DNA of 64,000 nucleotides from Octopus sinensis (Eukaryota), in the NCBI RefSeq assembly GCF_006345805.1, contig NC_042998.1, positions 89,156,001 through 89,220,000 on the forward strand, written 5' to 3'. Position numbers and translations under genes: made by a program. Within the stretch, counting starts at the first letter, position 1, and each line of letters begins with the position of its first letter. Positions 38,919 through 53,499 of the stretch are shown here, in pieces. A model generated the notes under the pieces. The model saw nothing but the letters and a program-made list of their open reading frames with translations. It was not told the DNA's origin and did not search any database.

Positions 38919-39965
38919 GCGCGCGCACACAAACACACACACATTTATATAGTATATACACAGAAACATATATATACATATACATATATATCCACCCATA
39001 CACATGACTTTACATACACGGATGTTTATAAGCATTTTGAAGCATGCATAGATGTCAAAGACGTTAAAATCAAACCCATTCCCTCTAACATTTTGTGAAA
39101 CACTAGAACCAAAATTTCCAGCCGGCAACTAAATTAAACATGAATAAAGTTTTGGAGAGTGGCTGACGGCCGAAGCACTGTCTAACACACTGACGTCTAC
39201 TTCTAGACCCATCCTTTATCAGAAAAGGAAATTAAATTGGATAGCTACGGTGATAATATAAACGCAAATCTTTCATATAACCTTCAGATGATTGATGACT
39301 TGCTACACGAGGATTTTCAATATTTGACCAGACTACATTTTCTCAGGATAAGAAGAAAATCTCAGTGCAAGTGACTATTAAATCATAGACATTTGCATAG
39401 TATTTTTATAGTATTTATGAGGTAGCAATCGTAAGTTTAATTTCCAAAATACTTTATAGAAAATCATAATAGATTGCAAGCCCAAAGGCTGTGGCTTTAG
39501 AGTTGTTAGCGAATTGTTTTTGAAGCCAATTAATACACACACACACACACACACACATATATACAAACACACAAACACATATATACAAACACACACACAC
39601 ATTCGCATACGCTTAATTTATAGATTAACAAAGTGACCTATAAATTGAGTAGATATGTGTCTGTCTGTCTCTCTGTCTGCGCGCGCGCGCGTAAAAACAG
39701 CCACAATATATAAGCGATCCGCTTACAAATGCTGGCAATCGTCTCCATTATGGATGAGAATACATGAGGTTAGGGGAGCCTATACGTGACTTCAAAATAA
39801 TACACAGTTGAGGATCACCTAAGAAACTCTTAATTGTTATCTCCCTTACACTGTCTTGGATTTTTGCAAGAATTTGCATTCACCATAGATTAATTAATAT
39901 CTTAATTGTCTTATGCGAGAACGTTCATGCACACCCATATATATATATATAGGTATGTTTGTATG

Positions 39966-40010
<45 letters not shown>

Positions 40011-40029
40011 TATATAATATATATATATA

Positions 40030-40380
40030 TATCCCTCTCTTGTTCTTCATCCTTTCTGGTTTTCTCTCCCACCCTTCCCTATTCTTCTCTTCGCCGTTCC
40101 CTCTCTCTCTCTCACTCCTCCTCCTCCTCGACTTTCTCGTCGCTGAGACGTGACGAAAGAGAATCTACCTTTCTGCCCACTACCTTCTTAAAGACAAAAC
40201 GTGCTTATACTATCTCCTCTCATAAGCTCGTCTTCCTAGCGTTCATAATAATTTTTCTATCGTCTTGGCTTAACAGCCCTCACCGTTTGTTTTTACAGTC
40301 TTGTTCTCACTGTCCTGTTCTTGTTACCACTTTCACCTTCCGCAAAAAAATCCCAAATTCTATTTAATTTGCTTTGCGGG
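40030..40380 (+). mobile_element. Degenerate relative of the Neptune-type terminal repeat
   Basis: Pyrimidine-rich block after (TA)n with cctagcgttcataataa, similar to cctgagcgtccaataata at 35620; HHR core destroyed. Confidence 0.4.
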
Positions 40381-40660
40381 AAGGACTGTTGTAACGAAGT
40401 CACGTATTGTCCTTGCCTTCGCAATACGGAGTAGATGAAACAGGGACAACTGAAGAAGGGGAATATTCTTTATGTTGCATGTCTCGTTTCTCTGTTTTTG
40501 TTGTTGTTCCCCCAAAAGTTCTTTTCATTGTTTTTGTTTTTATGTTATTGTTTCTCATTGTGTTCAACGTTTTTTTATGTCCTGTACCCATATATGCATG
40601 TATATATACATATATATGTATATGTATGTATATATGCATATATTTATATATTATTTATAC

Positions 40661-40737
<77 letters not shown>

Positions 40738-42746
40738 CGTATGTATGTATGTATGTATGTATGTATGTATGTATGTATGTATGTATGTATGTATGTATGT
40801 ATAAACTATAAAATGTCATCTATCTTTACCTTTTACTTGTCTCAGTAATTAGACAGTGACCATGCTAGAACGCTAATCTGGTGGATTTTAGTCGTACAGA
40901 TCGACCTCATTAAGTATGTTCTTTCTAAAACGTCAGTACTTATTTTATCGGTCTATTTTGCTGAACCGCTAAGGCACGATGAAATAAAGAAACCAACGCG
41001 ACTGTGAAACCGTCGTGTAGGTGACAAAAATAAACACAAAGACATGCATTTAGACATACACAACTAACTTCGCACAGTTTCAGTTACTAAATCCACCCAT
41101 AATGCATTGGTTGATCTGTAGCTATACTACTAGACACGTGCTCAAGGTGGTTGCATAGGGAGCTTCCGTAATTGTCTAATGCGAGAACGTTCATGCATAG
41201 ACACAGCAATGTTTGCTCCGATACCATACAGCTATGCTTACGCCTATTAAAAGACATTAATGATCGTAAACTGTCGTAAAACATGCCAAAGCGTATTTCT
41301 TCAATAGTTTAGGGAAAAAATGGCACTAAATTTATATTTTCTTCATCATAAATGTACAAACTGTAAATTTGCTATTTCTTCATGTGTGAAAAAAAAAATC
41401 AAAGCTAGAAAAAAAATAGAGACCCCCATCTCTGGGGATGAAAATATATTAGAGGGAAGTTAATCATGTTAACCAACCATCAACTAACGTTGCTGTAGGT
41501 AGCATCCTGTGGTGATTCGACACACACACACACGCACGCATACGCACACATATACACGCACATATACACACACACACACACACACACGCGCACAAGCATA
41601 GATTGTATATTCTGAATGGTGAGGGAAGAATAAAAATTCATGTTTGGGATTAACAACTTTACAAATGCTCATGAATGCATGAAGCATGGAAGTTAGTATT
41701 CATATGCATTCCACAAGTTCCATTTCAGTCTTTAATCGCTGACACTGCATAATTTGAGCATTAAATCTCTACCTGTCACATCGTGATACATTTTATAAAG
41801 GCATTTGCTTCGTTGTATATCCAATGTTATATCAATTTGTTATAAGACTGTAAGTTTGGAGTTGTGTTTGACACGCCAGTGATTTGATATGACACTTGAA
41901 TGTGAAACAAATGCATCGTAGAAGAGACTCTGCAATTCATTGGAATTGCGTTCAAGGTCAGTGATCAAATTACAGTTATGCGAAAAAATTTTTTGGCAGC
42001 TCAAAAAATTAAAATGAATTAAACGGTTTTAGTGCGTTTTTAAATAGCTGATATGGCTTTTCTACAATGTATTTCAAGTGCATAGAACATAAATTTTAAA
42101 GGAATAGTATTGATCAAATAGATATGGTTCACCTTCTATTTGAAAAGAATTGCCATAGTTCCGATCACTGTCTTGACGCTGCTGACATAAATCGATGCAA
42201 CGTAACCAAAATAATTCTGAATTTGCATTTCTTTCTCTATCAATACGTCTTCTAAAATGGGCTTCTTCTAAAACGAAGATAAACTGGTTTTAATTGTATA
42301 CATTTTACTGCAAATTTAGAATTAATTCCATTAATGGCTGAAACGATGCTGTGATGAAAACTTCTGGTCTAACCGGATCAAAACAGGTAACAATATTTAC
42401 TCTAGAAGAACAAACAATCGTCACTAAACACAATGTGAGGAACAGCTGCAGACCACGTAATACATACATACATACATACATGCATGCATACATACATACA
42501 TACATACATACATACATACATACATACACACATACGTGTATGTGGGTAAACATACACACATATAACATATATACGTGTATATATATATATATATAAATAC
42601 ACATATATATGTGTATGTGTGTGTATGTGCGTATGTATCTATGTATGTATGTGTGTGTGTGAGTGTGTATGTTTACTAACCTGTTAGTTTGGGTTACCTT
42701 GACCTAAACTCCTCATATCTTGCATATGTGTGTGTGTATTTATATA

Positions 42747-43874
42747 TTGGGTCATCCCATAAATAATGCGGTTTTCAAAATTACGATAAAGTTCTTTTTT
42801 AATCTAAAATATACTCTCCTTCATTTTCCACGATGCTTTTCCATCTATCTGGTAGACTTGCAAGGCCCCTCTTCCAAAATTCGTCTTGTCCACGACGAAA
42901 AATACTCCTCTAGTGCTGTTCTGACCTCGTCTAAATAATTTATATTTTTTCCGTCCAAATGATTTTGAAGACTGCGGAATAAATGATAATCAGATGTGCT
43001 AATGTTCGGCGAATATGGTGGGTGGGGCATCGTTTCCCATTCAAACTGCTCCAACCTTTGGAATGTCATCCTCGCTGTATGTGGCCGAGCATTATCTTGA
43101 TGGAAGAAAAATTTTCGTATTGAAACCAAAGACAGTCGTTTTTCTTCTAGCGCTGTCTTAAGCCGTTCAAGCTGCTTGCAGTAGATCTTCTTTGTTATCG
43201 TTTGGTTTGGGTTTAAAAGTTCAAAGTGGACTAAACCTTTAATATCTCACCAAACAGATAACAACATCTTACGTGGATGAAGACCTTCTTTAGCCTGGGT
43301 TGCCGGTGTTTCTCCTTTCCCTACCCACTGTCTTCGGCGCTTGACATTTTTATAGAGAACCCGCTTCTCATCACCAATCACTATTCAGTGCAAAATAGAT
43401 TGATTCATGAGACGTGACAGCAAAGAAGAGCATACAGTCACTCTCTGCGTGCGATTAGACTTGGAAAGTTTGTGAAGAACCCATTGATCCAATTTTCTGA
43501 CTTTTCCGATGGCACACAGGTGTTGATGAACGGTTGAATGACTAAATCCAAGCTTCTCTGCTCTTTCCTTAACAGTTACGATGGGATTTTGTTCCACCAA
43601 TGTTTGCCTGACGTCCTCGTCGTTGTTGCTCTCCTTTGCATTGTTGCTTTTATTGAACTCATAAAGCAAAATATGCCGAATAAGCTCCTTTATCCCTTCC
43701 ATTATAACTTTGAAAAAATGGCTATTAAAATCTAACTGCACTCTTCAAAATTTGCACTACGAATAAGCACTAGATAAAATTACTACCAGCTTTTAAAGCA
43801 AGTAGTTTATCCCGTTCCCCTCCGACTTTTAGTTCATGCAATTGAAAAAACGCATTATTTATGGGATAACCCAA
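42747..43874 (-). mobile_element. Mariner (Tc1/mariner, DD34D) transposon, internally deleted
   Basis: TIRs ttggg(t/c)atcccataaataatgcg at both ends, flanked by TA. Transposase from ATG 43702: WVLHKL, IVIGDEK, FHQDNARPH, HPPYSPNISTSDYHLF; deletion in the HTH region and frameshifts. Confidence 0.96.
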
Positions 43875-44849
43875 TATATATTTATATATATTTATATATA
43901 TACGCAAATAAATAGAAATGCATTTGTACACGCATACACACATATGTATAGAATTGCATATATCATGTTTAAAATAATTTAGCAATGCGTACGAAACATT
44001 TCTTAAAGATATCTATAGTAGTAATAATAGCAGTTGTTCCTTTATCGACTGCAATTAATATCCTTGGAGAGCTGTCAGTCAAGATCTCACTGCAGTGAAA
44101 ATGGCTTCCCTATTCTGATGCACATTGAGAATAGAAGTAGCAGTTGCAAAAGTATGCCGAACAACAAAGCATCAAGCAACAGCAACAACAGCAGTAGCAG
44201 CAGCAACAACAACAACAACATAGTAAACATGACCACCACCACCTTAAAGAACAACAAAAATTGTCAAAAAGAATCAACAGCACGACCAGGGATAGTAGCT
44301 TCGCCGCCACCACCTTGATTGCAACCGATCTGTCACTTGCTGATAAAACACCATTATCACACCCCTGCGTCAGCTGCCAATGTTATTAACAGTAAGTACA
44401 CCACCATCAACTTTATATGTAAACCAGCTGCCGCAGTACGAAGCAACACCATCACTGCCACCACTTCTATTATGAAAGCAGCAGCAATATCTGCAGCACT
44501 GACAGCGAAGTGTACAGATAAGCGAAGTGTACAGATCTTTTGCCCGTGCAGCAAGAATAACAGCGAACACTGAAAAACTAAATGGTGGCCTAAAAAGGCC
44601 AAATTCTGAAGGAAATAAAGCAATAAATCTAGCAGTGCCCAAAGCTCAAAATAAAATTAAGTGCACGGTAACCTATAATGCGTTGGACTAAAATGTCGAA
44701 GGGTAGTAGAACCAAAGAAATCCGTTCTCAGCAAAACAAATGAATAAGTAAATAAATGTATAAATAAATAAACATAAATATAAAAAATCCCTCATGCCAG
44801 ACACTCTGACTTTGTCGACATTAATTTCAAACCTTGAAGATGAAAGCAA

Positions 44850-47190
44850 AAGAGCATTGTACAGCCTCTTTTAGAAATTTAGAAATGTGGGGTTAAATCT
44901 AGTGAAGACGAGGATAGTGTCACCAGGAATAAATATCTGCTGGTTAGTGTCTACTGTCTTGGTTGACACTGAAGATGCGGTTTCAATATTAGAGGTTTAA
45001 AAGCAGCGCTAGGAGAACTGGTCGGAGAAATGTATGGAACTCTTGATTCAAACGGATCTAGAGAAGCGCGAAGCCATCTTCCCTTTCACAATTTCGGATG
45101 TCTTACTTTTATGATCGTAGAGGGTAGACGGCTAAGGTGTCATCTATGTAGCACTTGATATCACGTAAGAGCCTTCTGTTTGCAGTATAAGCTGCAAGAA
45201 AGAAAGCCCCCCACTGCTGCCGACATCTCAAACACAACAGCAACAATATTAAGAGCAGCGTGCCACAACAACCATAGCAACAGTAGCGACGCTGGTTGTA
45301 ATAACAAGACTAGCGTCAACAACAGTAGCATCAACAAAAGCAACAGCATCAAAACAGCTGCAGCAGCAATGCAGCCGACAATAGAGGTAAAACCACGACA
45401 ATAATCCCTATGACAACAACAGGATGTGTCACAAAACATATCCTAATAACTCCCATTCTATCTTCATCCCCCCAAAAAAACTACAAACACAAACTCAGGC
45501 ACTTGTGTTAAAACATACCTCTCCCACCATCCGCATTAGTGTCGTTTGATTCAGAGACCACATCGTGAGAGGCAAGGAAGAAATGTTAAAAGGAAAGGAA
45601 GAAAAGTCACTTCGAATTGAAGGGCAGGAAGATTGATGGGCCAACGTTTTTTCCTTCAATCAGCCAGACACCTACACTATCCCTACTAAATGCACTGCTA
45701 CAACCACAAAAAAGAGCCAAACCTGCAACTACATATAAATACGCAAACAGCAGAAACAAAACCAAAGCAAAAAAAAAAACGAAAACCAACAAACAGCAAA
45801 AACAACAGGGAAACACGCAAATAGTAAATTTCGACCTGAAACCTAAAAATGATAAGTAACTGGTATCTGCACACACGCAAACGGATGAAGTAGGATTTGT
45901 AAAGACTACTTTAACAGCTCTCTTAGATGAACTTTTAGTGAATATGCTCATAAGTGATTAGTTTACAATGAGAGTCTGCTAGGCAAGAGCAACTAAAAAC
46001 CTTCAGAATGGACTTTTTCAGCTGGTCCAGGTTATTGGAAAGAAAAGATTACCTTTTTCATGAGCCGAAGGCCAGTGACCTCTCTTGCATTGCTTTTATT
46101 TCGATCAACATGTAAAAGTTCAACCAGAATAAGATACAAAAATATACGGGGCTTGCAGTCAGCTTGGAAGGAAACAGATATAGATGAGGTACCAACCAGT
46201 GACGCCAGGATTTCCGAGCTACAAAATCTACAAAAATTCATAGGAAAGGATCTTTTAGTTAGGCACATCTTTCGACTATTCGTCTCCTTGTCAGAGGTGC
46301 AGTCTTGAGTCCAGGGAAGAGCAAGGCTTGACATCGGGAATTTGTCAAGAACTCACATTTCTTTACAAGTTGAGTGATGTGTTCAGCGGAACTTATCAGT
46401 TCCATAGAAGATTATAGTTAGGGAAGGCGACGACGTTATCGGACAAACCCAAGGTGTTGACAAGAATCAACTGATTGGTATGTTCCTGGGACTTTTGACC
46501 CAGGGACTATGGATTTCCTGAAATCATGGTTTACCATGTCACTGGAGAATATTGCGAGTTCATGACAGACTACAGACACGTAAAAGCCGACAGCCACACC
46601 TATCCGAGGTGTGCACGAATCCGCTTTTTGCACATTCATTCACTGGCTGAATATTGCTGATTTTTTGGGTTTAGTCCAATAGCTGTTGTGAATAGTTCGG
46701 ATCCGGTTTTCAACCAAGCCATTGTGTAGAACACGCTGTCTTCTTTTAGCCGGGGACAGCAAGCAATATTCCTCTCTCTGGGGGCTATGGCAAAAGTGTG
46801 TATGGAGAACGACACTGAAGGGATTAAAGACAAACACTTTCCTCTTCAGGAAAAAGGATGAAGAGGTGTTACATCTTCTCAGTAAATTCATTGAAAAGTG
46901 GTGAGGGTAAGCTGACCTACTCTTGCATTTGCCTGAAGACCAAGAAATGACAAAGGAGGGTGATCACTTGCTTTTGGTGGCCAGAGTGATTTAGTGGGGT
47001 TTCTTCGATTGGTTTTAAAGTTGTTCTCCCCCGCCCACTCCATGAGGGATCTTTTTGTTCGAATTATTGTTTTCCTTCTTGCTCTTTCTTTGTTAAATGT
47101 TTTATATTAGACTCTATCCACTTCTTTATATCTTGTCTTTTATACTGTCCCTCTTTCCTCGGAGCCATTGTGACTAATAAGAAAAATGTT
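44850..47190 (+). mobile_element. Decayed Tx1/L1-type element: ORF1 plus post-RT part of ORF2, central EN/RT missing
   Basis: ORF1 SPGINICWLVSTVL...ENWSEK...VEGRRLR-CHLCST*YHVRAFC (homologous to 17162-18795). ORF2 end ...VWRTTLKGLKT...KFIEKW homologous to 15711-17076. Tail ...gagccattgtgactaataagaaaaa. Confidence 0.82.
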
Positions 47191-47899
47191 TTTTGCTATT
47201 GTTATTGTTGTTGTTGTTATTGTTGTTGTTGTTATTGTTATTGTTGTTATTGTTATTGTTGTTGTTATGATTTACACAGATTTCTGACTCAGTTTACTGT
47301 CTGTCTACAGCCAGGAAACAGCCTTTCTCATATCCTTTGACGCTACTTCCTGTTATTACAACTGCATTTAGTCATAGGATGTAATAAAGAAAGACGTTTG
47401 CAAGTCCACAAAAATATGATATCAAAGAATATGGTAAAAGAAACAACCAGTGGAAGAAGGAAATAAAAAGAAAAAAATTTTGTCGGACAAAATGATCATA
47501 AATGATAATGATGTAGATTTTGAAGTTAACTCGAGCCTTCAGCTAGCATTTGTTCATAAATTCGTATATAAACATACTTCCATTGTATATATTCGTATTT
47601 TATATATAAATACATAAATACATGTTTCACACACACAGACACACAAATATTATTAATACATTCACAGATATTATAATCTTAAAACTAGAACTAATTTGGT
47701 TTGGAATTAGAAATATATACCGAGTAGATAATAAATATTATTAAATCATATTCAGCGAAACTAATCTAAAAATATTACTTTCCTTGTCATACCGGTAATC
47801 AGACGACAGTAAAATATACGAATAAACTAAATGAATTTCTGTCTGTTTCGGCGTTGATTGTTCAGCTCTTCAATCAAATGAAACTGAGCTACCTGCGTA

Positions 47900-48150
47900 T
47901 TAAATTGGCAGGTAGAAATGAAGGGATGTCGTAATGTGATGAACAACTTGAAATCACTGAAATTGTGATGGCAAGTGTAGGGCGACATAGGTGGAGATTT
48001 GGTTACAGTTGTCCGGTTGGATTATAAGAAATCATACGATTCTTTCCCTCCCTCGATGATATTAGAGGCTTTTTGACTTTTTCCACAATCAAGGTCATTG
48101 ACAACTTCCTTCGCTCTGAGCAACCTTCTCGATGATAAATATAGGACGTG
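47900..48150 (+). mobile_element. Old R4-type RT remnant
   Basis: RLDYKKSYDSFPPSMILEAF resembles WIDYKKAYDSVPH. Confidence 0.6.
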
Positions 48151-48959
48151 ATCGCAGTGTTTCTGATAAGATAAAATATCGTAGAGATTTATTAAACAAA
48201 AAACAGTCTCTCAAGTAATAATATATATACTTGAAGTGAAGCCATTATCATTTTCATTGAGTTACAGAACGACAGAAACACCAGCCTGACAAAGCCTTCT
48301 TATAAACCATCTGAAATTATATGCTAAATAGATGAATGACGCGAAGAAAAACCTTGATGTATCTGGTTCAGACCTTTTTCAAATAATATAGGGAATTTGG
48401 TTAAAGTAAATATTTCTACGTGATTGTAAAACAAGGGCTACTATTTCTTTGATATCGTACAAAGATCGCTATGGGTATCAAGAGCATGATGACATTTCAA
48501 CAATGATATGTAACCAGGGAGTGAGCGACGTCTGGATAAAATAGAGGGTCCTCAAAGCTCTCTGCGTACACTAAAACTGTAGACCAAAACGGGTTTATTG
48601 TGTTAGCACCAACATGTTGATAAATGTGTTGGCCGCTATTGATGTTAAACCCCGACATTTTTTTATCATTAACAGAACATTTTACTTTAATAATACTGAC
48701 AGATTCTATAGAAACAAGGTTAGCTACAAACAACCACCTGTAGACGTGCATTCATGCATTAATTCAGTGGAGGAGAGACAAATAGCATTTTGAGAGTTGG
48801 AAAGGAGCATATCGCTAAGAATTCTTAATTGAATACCAGAGATACACACTCAGAGAAGTTGCACATTTCTATCGCAACGGAACATCAGGTGAAAAGCATT
48901 CAAATCATTAGCATAAGGTTATACATAACAATTTCGTTAGAAGCTTCAGACTGTAGGTA

Positions 48960-49200
48960 ACATAGGTAATCGGAGTAGCCTACTTTGGACCAACATCCGG
49001 TATATCATAACTCACTTTGAAATCTATGAACAGAAAATAACAAAATAGCTGACACACAAAAAGCATGAGTAAGCTGGTTAAATACCTAAATGCAGATTCT
49101 GTCGAATGTCTTTTATGTGCTAATCTGCTTATGTGGCCAAATATCAAACAATGGAATTCGCAAAAAGTTAATTCCTGAAGACAGTCTTTTAAGAATTTAC
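48960..49200 (-). mobile_element. Old CR1/L2-type RT remnant
   Basis: HKRHSTESAFRYLT...LFIDFKVSYDIPD resembles GFR..HST..A...FIDF.KAFD. Confidence 0.55.
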
Positions 49201-49345
49201 AACGGTACATCCACACGTATAAAAATACTAGCAATATTTATATGTACATATACATAAAAATGGACAGATCTATGCAAACAATGATAATCGTATACCTATG
49301 CATGCATACATCCGTTTACAAATGCAAGCATACATACAAAATGAC

Positions 49346-49420
<75 letters not shown>

Positions 49421-49799
49421 CGTTATATACATACATTCATAACTACGTAGTTGACGTTAAAAGTGACTCGTTTCTGGACTGGAAAATTATTTCTCTATTA
49501 GCGGGAAATTGTAAAAGTATGACTAAAGCATACAATACATGCATAGTTACAAACGAACGCACGCACATAGAAGCATGCATGCATGCATACATACATACCT
49601 AAATACCTACCTACATACATAAATACACACATACATACATACATACATACATACATACATACATACATACATACATACATGCATACATACATACATACAT
49701 ACATACATACATACATACATGCATACATACATGCATACATACAGTGGTTATACATAAATGTTTTCTGTTATCTTCAGAAACTCGTGACTGTAACGGAGT

Positions 49800-50430
49800 C
49801 GCATTTGCAAAGCCGGAGAAAGGGAGAGAGGAAGAGAGCGGGAGAAAGATTTACGAAATACCCTTTCAATAAAAGAGACAGTAAAGCAGAGAAGCCCTCT
49901 AAATCCTCAAAGTCTGACCGAAAATGTTGATTATGAAACTTTTCCTTCGTAGATATTACACGTGACGAGCAGCTGCTCAAAAATGTCACCAGGGAGACAC
50001 CTCCCACTGTGGTATAACGTTGTTGCTAATACAATATACAATAGCATTCACAGGAAAAAAACTGCCCTGGATATGCGTAGAGAATGACTCTGTTATTGAA
50101 TACATACAACGTAAGGAATATTGGTGGGACATTACCATCAAAACTTCCGCTTAGAGCAATGTAACAAACTTGATTTTGTTGTTTTGGAGGGTAAGAATAA
50201 TCATGAGTGAAAATATATTTCCGGCTAACTGTTTCGATGGCTTTTACTTTTATACCCAGAAAGTTTCAAAATTATCTACCTATATTTATACGGATGATTA
50301 TTGGTATACTTTTCTATGTTTATAATCGTCATAACGACAACACACCAACACGCACTCCGCAAATAGAATCTGCAAGCGGTATCTTAAAAAGTATACAAGA
50401 TTTTTCTATGATCAATATGTAATAGTTTTG
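49800..50430 (+). mobile_element. Older copy of RLE LINE family 2
   Basis: NKRDSK..DRKC..ILHVTSSCSKMSPGRHLPLWYNVVANTIYNSI..EYWWDITIKTS aligns with 24545-25225. Confidence 0.75.
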
Positions 50431-50689
50431 ATAAGCTTTTGTTCTTTGTTAGAAATCAGTTATTTCCTTGTAGAAAGAATACAAGATTTTTTCATGTTCA
50501 ATATAATTTGTATATACACATATAATTCAATTTAGGCATGCATGCATACATACGTGCATACATACATACATACATACATGCATACATATATACATGCATA
50601 CATACATACATAATACATACATACATACATACATACATACATACATACATACATACATACATACATAGCTGCCCAGCGCATGTTAACAA

Positions 50690-51134
50690 AGCTGAAAATC
50701 AGTGAAAAAGAGAATACCTACGCTGAACTATTGAGAAATCTGCATTTACTGAATCCAAATTACAAGTTCAGTTTTTTATTCAAAGCGGGACTGTAATTAT
50801 TGGGGCCCGAGGATATGCAACACACTGCCTAAATACTAATCTTGAGAAATTAGGCTTCTCAAAACCAGAAAGGAGAAAGCTATTTCGAAGACTACAGATC
50901 CAATCCATCACTGGAACTATGAAGATCTGTAAAACTTTCCAGAAGTTTATCATTTAAATATATACGAGCATGTCTAGATATGCAACTATATGCATGATAA
51001 TACATAAATAAAGCAAATATACAAATCTGCACATATACATACATACAGAGAATGTAACAAAAGACTAAGTGATTTATCTGATGCTCTACATACATACAAT
51101 CATACATACATACATACATACATACATACATACA

Positions 51135-51168
<34 letters not shown>

Positions 51169-51310
51169 CATAAGTGCATACATACATACATACATACATA
51201 CATATAAAAATACCCTGTTGTTGATGTTGAAATTCCAATGAAGGAGCCTTAGATCTAGGTTAGAAATCGGCTCTTTCTCTATTGACAAGAAATCTTGAAA
51301 TAAAACTGAG
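50690..51310 (+). mobile_element. Short 3' fragment of RLE LINE family 2 flanked by (CATA)n
   Basis: DNA closely similar to 24990-25475 (gagaatacctacgctgaactattgagaaatctg...aagaaatctt). Confidence 0.88.
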
Positions 51311-52450
51311 CAATGACATACACACATGTTCATAGGTATAATAATATCGGCCCGATATTACAAAACCTATGACAGAAGATATTTAAGATCAGTTCAGTTT
51401 TGTATCATATTTTAGCATTTACTAAACATCAGCCAAATGCTCAAAATTAAAGGTTTCAGTATCTTACAAGATTGCTGTTAAGTACATGACTGACAAATCC
51501 ACGATTTTAATCAACAAATCGCAACAAAATTATCCAAAAAGATTAGCATCAGAATAACAGGATGACGAAACACTCGTCAGTTTTATAGTGCAGTCGTTGT
51601 GTTTATTGTGATCGCTTAGAAGAAATCGTTCTTGATCAAACAGGCATATCAAAGATTCTTTAGTCGCGACTATCCCGTATCTTAACTGGATATGGTGTAA
51701 CCCTTACTACATTTTCCAATATGTCCTTCCATTTCTAAGACGATAGAGTGTGTTGCTTGTGGAAGGTCTAAGTACTTTATACTACCAAACAGTACAGCTG
51801 TTGACTATGGCAGTGCGTTATACTAACTCTGTGATACCTCCTTCCTGATGGATAGACTCGGATGTTGAAATTTATGTGTACTAACCAAGGACACAAAAAA
51901 TATTAAGGGTATTATATTGAGTACCAACCTCTTGAATAATTGTTCAGAACTCTTTTCTTTATCATCTCAATCTCCACCCCAAATGGAATAGTGAAACCTA
52001 AAATTTAAAACTTGAAGTTGACCAATATCTTGGTTTCTATTAAGAACCGAGCGTTAGGGATATTTGTTTAAGACGTTGATGCTCCGACTGTGAAACTCTG
52101 ATTGGAAACTTTGCAACATTTAACTTTTAACCATAAAGTTGTCCGGGTAAAGGCGCACGTCGGAAGAAGTGCATATCAATGTACAAAGTTGCTTTCACAC
52201 TAATTAGGTGTTTGCAAGTGAATACGCTGAGCTGGATGACAAATTACATATGTGTCCATATATTTTGAATATACTCTATTCATTAGAGGATTTAATACGC
52301 ATATCTCTTTCATTACACTTGTTTTGGGCGTATTATATATATATATATATATATACATATATGTGTAGATCTATATATGTATACTTATGTGCATATACAT
52401 AAGTAAACATGTACATATGTATATTTATCTTATTTGTATGTGCATGGACG

Positions 52451-52499
<49 letters not shown>

Positions 52500-52696
52500 A
52501 TATATATATATATACACATATTAATTTTCTTATTTTAACAATTATAGTTACTTGATTAGCATGAATATATTTAATCAGTTATACATGCATTTAATATACT
52601 GGCTATACAGATATAATGTTATTTTTGCGTATGTGTATTTGCGTATACATACATACATACATACATACATACATACATACATACATACATACATAC

Positions 52697-52763
<67 letters not shown>

Positions 52764-53174
52764 CGCATAAGTGTAAACATGTGCACATACACACACATAT
52801 GTACATGCATATACGTATAGAAGTTTACAGAAAGTGTTAACCTCTAATACACGATGTAAAGGAAATATATGTGACGTCTTTTCCGTGCAAGTCTTCTGAT
52901 ATATGCATACATACGTACGTACATCGATACATACATACGTACATACATACATACATACATACATACATACATACATACATACATACATACATACATGCAT
53001 GCATGCATGCATACATACATACATACATACATACATACATACATACATACATACATGATGGCTGTCCACTCGTGACCGAGGATGACCATTGCAGACCTTC
53101 AGGAACATTGTGCGCTGTAGGACTAACTTATATTTTGCATCTGCGGCTCCGTTGGTGGCTAATGAGCCCTGCTC

Positions 53175-53205
<31 letters not shown>

Positions 53206-53499
53206 CATACATACATACATACATGCACACAAAACTCGCTGCAATTCGCAGACCAGCCAATTTTGAGAAATGTATATCCAGAAGCATTCTATCCTTAGTT
53301 ATGCAGCCTTTTAAGAAATAGCTATGACTGCATTATTCAATGAGTCCTACATGTGTAGGATGGTGTAATTTGTAAGGTCTGCAGGAGGATTACCTACACG
53401 TTCAAGGTCCTTTCGCCATGCTGTTAAAGGTCTGTAAACTATACAACTTATTTCAGCTTTGACCCAAGCAGATCGAGTGCCCATGTAGTCTTTGATGTA

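Noticed and set aside
40436-40480. CUGAAGA followed by a weak stem (hammerhead?)
   Set aside because: No GAAA or cleavage triplet follows.
44034-44573. PolyQ/N/S ORFs as a host transcription-factor exon
   Set aside because: The Q frame has stops, there are no splice signals, and the tract abuts a decayed Tx1 element.
51990-52260. CxxC-containing frame (RR*CSDCET) as a Fanzor/TnpB zinc finger
   Set aside because: No RuvC motifs (DPG, E, RD.NA) are visible and the frame has several stops.
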